Positions 56,921-64,000 of a stretch of DNA of 64,000 nucleotides are shown here, piece after piece. The DNA comes from Candidatus Obscuribacteraceae bacterium (GTDB lineage Bacteria > Cyanobacteriota > Vampirovibrionia > Obscuribacterales > Obscuribacteraceae). How positions within the stretch are numbered: the first letter of the stretch is position 1; each line of letters opens with the position of its first letter. The stretch spans positions 1 to 64,000 of the forward strand of contig JBGASG010000007.1 in the NCBI GenBank assembly GCA_044229845.1. The letters run 5' to 3'. The position numbers were made by a program, and so were the translations under genes. Under the pieces are notes generated by a model. It was not told the DNA's origin. It saw only the letters and a list, made by a program, of their open reading frames with translations, and ran no database searches.

Positions 56921-58035
56921 TCGGAGCCGGTGGTGCTGCCGCCGGTGGTATCGACAGAAAGCGTCTGTATCGCCTTCTGAAACAGCGAATCGGAATCCGC
57001 GCGCGAGTAGCCGACGGTGCCAATCGACAGACAGTAAAATTTGCCGCCTTCTGCGAAAAATAAAGTATGCGACATCGCCGGTGCGCCGTTCATGGACATG
57101 CTTCCGGAGCGAACCATGCCCTCCATACGGGTGCCGGCACCAAAGGTGGCGGTACTGTCAGTTAGTCGCGCCCAGTTTTTCTGGGGTTTCAGGTATTGTT
57201 TCTCGACGCTGTCCGCAAACTGTTGCAGTGTCAGCCCCGGTGGTGCCGGATGGCAGGTCAATTGCAGCTCTCCACCCCTGCCACTACTGTCGGTGCCGGA
57301 CATTTTGACCAGTACTTCAGGCTCGAACATCTGTTGTTCGTGCCATGAAGCAGGATACGAAAACGATCCGACGCCCTTCTTGTACCAGTTGGCATAGCCG
57401 ACCGCGGGTTTGTTGCCGCTATCGGTACGCGGTGCGCTGGCGGCTCCGCCGCTGCTGCCGTACGGTGCGACGCTGAGCAGGACATAGTTGTATATCGGGT
57501 CGAGCGCCGCCCACTGACTGTCGGGTCCAAGCATGGCAAAGGTGTACATACGCCCGTTTTGTGACCAGTGTGTAATGCGCTGGTGGAACTTGGCTTCGCC
57601 GATTTTCAAACTGGCTACGCGGGTCACGCCGTTGAGCTTTAAATTGCGTCCAAACCGAACCCACTCCATTTTGCCCGGCTCGTAACTGGGAATCTGTTTG
57701 CTGAATGCATCGGCCACGGCTTTGGCAACCTGCTCAACGGCTGCATCGGAGGCGGCCACGCTCAGCTGCATCTCGCCGTTGGCTCCGCCGCTCGTCACGC
57801 CCGACAATTTGACCAGCGTGTCATTGTCGGTCTTCGGCTGTGACGCAAATCTTTTCGGATAGATGAACATGACGCCGGCGTTCTTGTCGCTATACCAGAC
57901 AAGTTCTTCGTGTATATCCGTTGGCGCTTGTATCGACGGTATTGGATATGCATCCGCCGTGTCGGCAAAAAGAATTGGTGAAGATAGAGAGCACACCGCC
58001 AGTAGTGCGATGCCGTATATACCCCTTATGCGCAT
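56917..58035 (-). CDS. Secreted hypothetical protein with two PsbP/Mog1-like domains
   Basis: Signal peptide; two F.YP-initiated units; resembles 43877-45382. Confidence 0.65.
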   Translation of the reverse strand: MRIRGIYGIALLAVCSLSSPILFADTADAYPIPSIQAPTDIHEELVWYSDKNAGVMFIYPKRFASQPKTDNDTLVKLSGVTSGGANGEMQLSVAASDAAVEQVAKAVADAFSKQIPSYEPGKMEWVRFGRNLKLNGVTRVASLKIGEAKFHQRITHWSQNGRMYTFAMLGPDSQWAALDPIYNYVLLSVAPYGSSGGAASAPRTDSGNKPAVGYANWYKKGVGSFSYPASWHEQQMFEPEVLVKMSGTDSSGRGGELQLTCHPAPPGLTLQQFADSVEKQYLKPQKNWARLTDSTATFGAGTRMEGMVRSGSMSMNGAPAMSHTLFFAEGGKFYCLSIGTVGYSRADSDSLFQKAIQTLSVDTTGGSTTGSD

Positions 58036-58165
58036 GGCGCACCTCTCGATGGATCGAATGACTATTAGTGTACCGCGTCAACTGTGGATAGTTTACTTTC
58101 TCGGCTACGTCCTTTTCAGTACAATTTCTACTGATAGGATGGCAACCTGAAAGAGCCCGCTGGAT

Positions 58166-59335
58166 ATGCGTCTAATACACACCTCGGACTGGCATCTGGG
58201 GCGAATTTTCTACAACGTTCACCTGACTGACGATCAGGCGCACGTGCTCGACCAGTTTGTCGATCTGGTGCGCGATGAGGCACCGGATGCGGTGCTGATT
58301 GCCGGCGACATTTACGATCGCGCCGTGCCACCACCGGAGGCGGTGTCGCTGCTGGATGAAACTTTGTGTCGCATCGCCCTCGATTTGAAAGTGCCGGTGA
58401 TTATGATCGCCGGCAACCACGACAGCCCGGAGCGGGTGAGCTTCGGCTCACGCCTGCTCTCGCGTGCTCAAGTCTACACGTTCGGGGAGGTGGCGCGTGG
58501 CGTCAACGCCAATCATGTCATGCTCACTGATCGACATGGCGACATTGACGTATTTGCCGTTCCATATGCGGAACCGCCGGTGGTGCGTCACTATTTCGAA
58601 GACTCCCAGGTCGCGGACCATCAATCGGCCTTCCAGACACTCATCGATCACATTCGAGAGCACAAAGATGCACCCGGAAAGAAACGGAACCGCAGCGTTT
58701 TGATGACCCACGCTTTCGTGTCGGGCGGACAGGAAAGCGATTCAGAACGGCCGCTTTCCGTGGGTGGTTCGGGCGCCATCAGTGCCGACCTTTTCGATGG
58801 ATTCGATTACGTGGCTCTGGGACATTTGCATCGGCCGCAAAAAGTTTCTCAAGAAAGCATTCAGTACAGCGGTTCGCTGCTCAAATATTCCTTCTCCGAA
58901 GCTAATCAGAAGAAGGCGATCAACATCATCGACATGGATGCCGAGGGACGCATCTCTGTGCGCCGGCAGTCGCTGTCGCCGCGTCGCGACCTGCGCCGCA
59001 TCTCTGGCACGCTGCACGAGCTCATGCAGTCCGCTGAAAAGGACGGCAGCAAAGATGACTATATATGCGCCGAGCTCACAGATGTCGGCGCGTTGTTCGA
59101 CGCTCCAGGGCAACTGCGCCAGTTCTACCCGAATCTTATGCAGATAGAACGTCCGTACATCGCAGTCGACCGCAACGGCGACGCACGAGTGGATCACCGG
59201 GCTCTTTCCGACATGCAATTGTTTTCCCAATTCTTCGCGCAGGTGACGGGCAACGAGTTAACCGAAGATCAGGCTAACGCTTATGCCGGCATCATGGACG
59301 ACGTCAGGCGCAGCCAGCGTCAGGGAGCGCTATGA
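58166..59335 (+). CDS. sbcD: Exonuclease SbcCD subunit D
   Basis: HTSDWHLG, AGDIYD, GNHD, DSER, YVALGHLH, YSGSLLKYSFSE. Confidence 0.96.
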   Translation: MRLIHTSDWHLGRIFYNVHLTDDQAHVLDQFVDLVRDEAPDAVLIAGDIYDRAVPPPEAVSLLDETLCRIALDLKVPVIMIAGNHDSPERVSFGSRLLSRAQVYTFGEVARGVNANHVMLTDRHGDIDVFAVPYAEPPVVRHYFEDSQVADHQSAFQTLIDHIREHKDAPGKKRNRSVLMTHAFVSGGQESDSERPLSVGGSGAISADLFDGFDYVALGHLHRPQKVSQESIQYSGSLLKYSFSEANQKKAINIIDMDAEGRISVRRQSLSPRRDLRRISGTLHELMQSAEKDGSKDDYICAELTDVGALFDAPGQLRQFYPNLMQIERPYIAVDRNGDARVDHRALSDMQLFSQFFAQVTGNELTEDQANAYAGIMDDVRRSQRQGAL

Positions 59336-62300
59336 GACCGCAACGGCTCACCATGAGCGCTTTCGGACCATACGCCGGTGAGCAAGAGATAGACTTTCGC
59401 AACCTCGGCGAGCGCTCGTTCTTTCTCATTCACGGAGCGACCGGCGCCGGCAAGACCACGGTCCTGGATGCGATTTGTTTCGCGCTCTACGGCTCGACAA
59501 CCGGCGAGGAACGTACCGGGCGCCAGATGCGCAGCGACCTAGCGCAACCGCAGACTATGACTGAGGTGTTTCTCGATTTCTCGCTGGGTCGCGAGCAGTA
59601 CCGTATCCACAGAATTCCCGAACACGAAGTGGTGCGCCGCAATAAGACCGTCACGCAGAAAGCGCAGGCGACTCTCTGGAAACGCAGTGCGGTTGAAGAG
59701 GCGGATGATGCGAACGACGGCGAACTGGTCACTGCCGGCTGGAAGGAAGTCACTAAGGCGATCGAGACGCTGCTCGGGTTTCAGCGCGATCAGTTCAGGC
59801 AAGTGGTGGTGTTGCCGCAAGGACAGTTTCGTCGACTGTTAATCGCCACATCGAAAGAGCGCGAAACGATTTTGGAAACGCTGTTTCGAACTGAGTACTT
59901 TCGCAACGCCGAGCTGGCGCTCAAAGAAGCCGCCGGCACGGTGACAGATGCCATCAAGCAAGTAACGCGCGAGCGCGAAACGCAACTGACCATGCTCGGT
60001 GTCGAATCGCAGCAGGAGTTGTTTACCAGGCACGAGCAGGTGCGTTTCGACCTGGAGAAAACCCGCAACGATCTGACGCGCTGGCAGGGTGTTTTGTCTG
60101 AGGCTCATAAAGCTTTCGGTGAGGCGAAAACGAGCGCCGACAAATTACAGGATTCCGCCGATGCGCAGGTGGAACTGGCTGTCCTGGAAAATCAACGAGG
60201 CGTGATCGAAGAAAGGCGGCAGGAGCTACAGGGCGCACAAAAAGCCGCGCAGCTGGCTGATGTGCGGCAGGCGCTTACGGCGCAGGCGCAAGCCGAGGAG
60301 AAGGCTCATGGCGACCTGCTGGTCACGAAGGATATGCTGGCGGCTGGCGAGAAGCGGCTTGCCGAAGCTGAAGCGGCATTTGCCGAAGAAGAAACACGCG
60401 GCGAGGCGCGCACGCAAGCGCAGGAAACTTTGCGCAGTTTACAGGCGATGAGCGAACAGGTGTTTCAGCTCGATGCCGTAGGCAAAGAAGTTAAGGACCT
60501 CGAACGACAGGTAGCGCAAGCCACCACCGCCCTCGACACCACGACGGCGGAGATTGAAAAGCGGACCACGCAGCTCGATGCCCTGCGCGCCAAATGCTTG
60601 CAGGCATCGCAGGCTGAGACTCAGCTGGCGACGCTGGAGGCTCGTGTGCGCGACCTGGGACGCCGGCTGGAAACGGCGAGGAAATTGGCGACGGTCACCG
60701 AGAGTATAGATGCGTCGCGTCAGGACCTGGAGGACGCCGAACAGGATGTCGCTCGGCACGAGAAACTAATAGCTAAGTCTCATGAAGAACTGTCCGCCAT
60801 GGAAAATGCCTGGGCTGCCGGGCAAGCCGCCGTGCTGGCTCGCGGTCTGGAAGAAGGTGATGCCTGCCCCGTCTGCGGATCCTGCAAGCATCCGCATAAG
60901 GCGCGGGCAGCGAAGGACTTGCCCACGGAAGCGTCTTTGATTCAGCACCGCCAGCGGTGCCGCTCTCTGGAAGCGGAGCGCGACGCCAAGCGAGCGATTG
61001 CCGGGCAGAAGCAGCAGCAGCTGTCCGCCAACCAGACCTTGCAGGAAGAGCTGACCAGACAACTTGCTGATGGTGCTGTTTCTGTTTCTTCCCTGAGCGA
61101 GGCGCTGGCGGAAGCGAGCGCTCAGTTGGATAAGGTGCGCAGTGCGATGATAATGCACGCTGACCTGTCCAGCCGCCTGGAAACGGCGCAAAGCTACATG
61201 ACCAACCTGGATGACACGTTGAAGGCGGATCGCCTGCGTCTGTCGCAGGCGAATGACGCTTGGCGCGAGAAGCGTGGTGTGCTGGCGCAACTGGAGACAG
61301 GCATCAAGCCGGAGTATCGCGACGCTGCGCTGCTAAAGAATCAAATTCGCAGCGCCCGCCAGATGAGCGAGCAACTGCAGCAGGCATTTGAACTGGCGCA
61401 ACAAGAATTGCATTCGGCGCGAGAGGCACTGACGGGCATTCGTGCGCAACTCGACGCCGCAACAAAGACACTGGCGTCTGAGAAGAAACGCTTGACCGAA
61501 GCGCAGGCGCTTTTCGACGAAAAACTGCGCAACTGCGGGTTTGCCTCCGAGACGGAATTCGAAGCATGCCAGCGCGAGGCGCGAATCCTGGCGGAATTGG
61601 AAGAGATGGTCCAGGACTTCGACGTTGCTTTGAAGGCCGCCCAGGAAAGAAGCGCGCGTGCGCGGGAAGCGGCGCGCGACATACAGGCACCGGATTTAGT
61701 GGCGCTGCAAACCGCCGTCGATGAAGCGCAGGAGTGCTGCAACAACCTGCTCAAGGAAGAAACGCACCTGTCGCGGGACCTCACCGATCTGGAGGCCTGC
61801 AGCAAGCGACTGGAACAGCTGGAAGACAAGTTTGGCGATCTGGAGGAGAAATACCGGGTGGTCGGCACGATTGCCGAAGTCGCCAACGGGGACAATCAAC
61901 TCAACGTCACTTTCCAGCGCTTCGTGCTCGGCGCATTGCTCGATGATGTTCTGATCGCCGCCACGCAACGGCTGAACATTATGAGCAAAGGGCGGTATTA
62001 TTTGCAGCGTTCCATGACCACTCAAGACGGTCGCAAAACGGGCGGGCTCGATCTGGAAGTCACCGACACGTTTACCGGCACCAGCCGCAACGTCGCCACC
62101 TTGTCGGGAGGCGAGAGTTTTCTGGCGTCTCTAAGCCTGGCTCTTGGCCTGGCCGACGTCGTGCAGTCGTACGCCGGTGGCATTCACCTTGACACCATCT
62201 TTGTCGACGAGGGGTTCGGTACCCTCGACCCGGAAGCTCTGGATCTGGCTCTGCGCGCGCTTATAGATCTCCAGCGTACGGGGCGTCTGGTCGGCATCAT

Positions 62301-62394
62301 CTCGCATGTGCCGGAGTTGAAAGAGCGTATCGATGCTCGTCTTGAAATTGTCAGCGGTCGTCATGGGAGCAACGCCCGTTTCGTGGTCGCCTGA
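59332..62394 (+). CDS. sbcC: Exonuclease SbcCD subunit C (Rad50-like ATPase)
   Basis: AFGPY, Walker A GATGAGKT, LPQGQF, Zn hook CPVCGS, LSGGE, FVDEGFG, ISH. Confidence 0.96.
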   Translation: MRPQRLTMSAFGPYAGEQEIDFRNLGERSFFLIHGATGAGKTTVLDAICFALYGSTTGEERTGRQMRSDLAQPQTMTEVFLDFSLGREQYRIHRIPEHEVVRRNKTVTQKAQATLWKRSAVEEADDANDGELVTAGWKEVTKAIETLLGFQRDQFRQVVVLPQGQFRRLLIATSKERETILETLFRTEYFRNAELALKEAAGTVTDAIKQVTRERETQLTMLGVESQQELFTRHEQVRFDLEKTRNDLTRWQGVLSEAHKAFGEAKTSADKLQDSADAQVELAVLENQRGVIEERRQELQGAQKAAQLADVRQALTAQAQAEEKAHGDLLVTKDMLAAGEKRLAEAEAAFAEEETRGEARTQAQETLRSLQAMSEQVFQLDAVGKEVKDLERQVAQATTALDTTTAEIEKRTTQLDALRAKCLQASQAETQLATLEARVRDLGRRLETARKLATVTESIDASRQDLEDAEQDVARHEKLIAKSHEELSAMENAWAAGQAAVLARGLEEGDACPVCGSCKHPHKARAAKDLPTEASLIQHRQRCRSLEAERDAKRAIAGQKQQQLSANQTLQEELTRQLADGAVSVSSLSEALAEASAQLDKVRSAMIMHADLSSRLETAQSYMTNLDDTLKADRLRLSQANDAWREKRGVLAQLETGIKPEYRDAALLKNQIRSARQMSEQLQQAFELAQQELHSAREALTGIRAQLDAATKTLASEKKRLTEAQALFDEKLRNCGFASETEFEACQREARILAELEEMVQDFDVALKAAQERSARAREAARDIQAPDLVALQTAVDEAQECCNNLLKEETHLSRDLTDLEACSKRLEQLEDKFGDLEEKYRVVGTIAEVANGDNQLNVTFQRFVLGALLDDVLIAATQRLNIMSKGRYYLQRSMTTQDGRKTGGLDLEVTDTFTGTSRNVATLSGGESFLASLSLALGLADVVQSYAGGIHLDTIFVDEGFGTLDPEALDLALRALIDLQRTGRLVGIISHVPELKERIDARLEIVSGRHGSNARFVVA

Positions 62395-63095
62395 TGTTTC
62401 CGCTGGCGGACACCAACCGCGCACATTCGGCGCCGCTTGTCACATGGGCGCTGATCGCCATCAACACGATCATCTTTTTTGTTGAGATGTCGCTCGGGTC
62501 TCCATATGAGCTGAAGCTGTTCTTTCGCCACTTCGGTTTCATTCCCGCGCTTCTGGTGCATGACCCCAGTCCACACGTCCTGGCATCGCTGGTGACAAAT
62601 TTGTTTCTGCACTCGGGCTGGGTGCATTTGCTCGGCAATATGTGGTTTCTGCACATCTTCGGAGATAACGTCGAAGACCGCATGGGTCATCTTGGCTTTT
62701 TCTGTTTCTATCTGATTTGCGGCATCGTCGCCAACATCACGCAGTTGTTTGCAGACCCGACTTGCACGCAGCCCGTCGTCGGAGCCAGCGGAGCCATCGC
62801 CGGTGTAATCGGGGCGTATCTTTTCCTGTTTCCGCACGCCAAAGTCAATACACTGATTTTGCTCGGGATTATTCCGATTTTTGTGCGCGTGCCGGCATTG
62901 TTTTACACTCTCCTCTGGTTTTTCCTCAACTGGGTCTCGGCGGTGTTCACCCCGCGCGTCGCCCATGGAGCCGAACAGGTGGCCTGGTGGGCGCATCTGG
63001 GCGGTTTCGCGGTAGGGTTTATACTGGTGCGATTCTTTGAAGCGCCGCGCGAACAAGAAAATCGTTTCTATCCAGATCAGTACTATCCGTGGTGA
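62394..63095 (+). CDS. Rhomboid-family intramembrane serine protease
   Basis: FLHSGWVHLLGNM, GASG, AHLGG; TGATG overlap with sbcC. Confidence 0.93.
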   Translation: MFPLADTNRAHSAPLVTWALIAINTIIFFVEMSLGSPYELKLFFRHFGFIPALLVHDPSPHVLASLVTNLFLHSGWVHLLGNMWFLHIFGDNVEDRMGHLGFFCFYLICGIVANITQLFADPTCTQPVVGASGAIAGVIGAYLFLFPHAKVNTLILLGIIPIFVRVPALFYTLLWFFLNWVSAVFTPRVAHGAEQVAWWAHLGGFAVGFILVRFFEAPREQENRFYPDQYYPW

Positions 63096-63099
63096 GTGT

Positions 63100-63969
63100 A
63101 TGAATTGGCAGAATTTCGGCAGCCTCGTCAACGATGCATTCTTCGTGCTAATGACCATCATGCTTTTGCAGCCGGCCATCAAGCGCGGCATGTTGAACAG
63201 CGCTCGCACAGGTCTTTTGCAACAGATCGAGAAGAAACGGAAGTCGCGCGTGATTGCGCTTGTGCATCGCACCGAGACTATGAATCTGTTCGGATTTCCG
63301 GTCATGCAGTTCATCGATATTCAAGACGCCGAACAACTGCTGCGGGCGATCAGGCTGACACCGGATACGATGCCGATCGATATCATTTTGCACACGCCGG
63401 CGGGGCTGTCGCTGGCGGCAGAACAGGTGGCGCGCGCCTTGCGACGGCATCCGGCGAAGATTACAGTCTTCGTTCCGCACTATGCCATGTCCGGCGGCAC
63501 GTTGATCGCGCTTGCCGCCGATGAACTGGTGATGTGCCGCGATGCGGTGCTGGGAGCTCTAGATCCGATCATCGGGCAGTATCCGGCGGCGTCGCTGGTG
63601 ACGATCGCGGAAAAGAAGAATGTCGCCGACATTTCGGATGCAACTTATTTGCAGATTGAACAAGCGAAGAAGGCCATTCAGCAAACGCGTGCCACCACTG
63701 TCGATCTGCTCACCAAGCGCATGCCGAAGGAAGACGCGGAGCGCCTGGCGGGCATTATCACGTCCGGCAGTCACACGCAGGATTATCCGATTGGAGTCGA
63801 CGAACTGCAGGCGATCGGCATGAACGTGACCGAGGATATGCCGCTCGAGGTCTTCCAGTTTATGAACCTCTTCCCGCAGCAGACTAACCGCCGCCCTTCA
63901 GTGGATTTTATACCCCTGCCTTACACCAATCCGCCGAGTGCGCCGCCCCCGGTTGCTCCCGCACCGTAG
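63100..63969 (+). CDS. SDH-family (DUF114) ClpP-fold serine proteinase with N-terminal membrane anchor
   Basis: HRTETM, ILHTPAG, VPHYAMSGGTLIALAADE, LDP, DYPI; ATG 4 nt after the rhomboid stop. Confidence 0.88.
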   Translation: MNWQNFGSLVNDAFFVLMTIMLLQPAIKRGMLNSARTGLLQQIEKKRKSRVIALVHRTETMNLFGFPVMQFIDIQDAEQLLRAIRLTPDTMPIDIILHTPAGLSLAAEQVARALRRHPAKITVFVPHYAMSGGTLIALAADELVMCRDAVLGALDPIIGQYPAASLVTIAEKKNVADISDATYLQIEQAKKAIQQTRATTVDLLTKRMPKEDAERLAGIITSGSHTQDYPIGVDELQAIGMNVTEDMPLEVFQFMNLFPQQTNRRPSVDFIPLPYTNPPSAPPPVAPAP

Positions 63970-64000
63970 GCTGCTCGTGCCCTGTTGCTCCGGCAGCGGG

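Overview
Gene-dense, GC-rich bacterial chromosomal window with no rRNA, tRNA, CRISPR array, transposase or integrase that I can recognise. The PlmA-like GntR regulator, expanded membrane Ser/Thr kinases, many TPR proteins and giant orphan proteins suggest a non-photosynthetic Cyanobacteriota lineage (Melainabacteria/Obscuribacterales-like). This assignment is inference only. Content in order: two convergent giant orphan proteins separated by an interlocked inverted-repeat element; bioF-bioH-bioC-bioD-bioA without bioB; a three-gene signalling module (Zn-ribbon/FHA/degenerate PD-(D/E)xK protein, PlmA-like GntR, degenerate histidine kinase); a hairpin-rich leader followed by allB-alc-uraD-uraH-aldolase/citrate-lyase-like gene; DUF47-PiT; S41 peptidase; a FdhF/YdeP-Rieske oxygenase-ribokinase operon; xdhABC with a divergent TetR; CoA transferase, SDR, MFS, HIT; three Ser/Thr kinases interleaved with a fused 5-oxoprolinase; and sbcD-sbcC-rhomboid-SDH protease. 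The best candidates for something undescribed are: (i) the FHA/PlmA-like/pseudo-kinase module with shared CACCA-W4-TGGTG palindromes on either side; (ii) the YdeP-Rieske-ribokinase operon inside a purine-catabolic region that lacks a visible uricase; (iii) a coiled-coil protein with a 196-residue super-repeat and a structured 5' leader; (iv) SbcCD translationally coupled to membrane proteases. All family assignments come from motif reading, not database searches.
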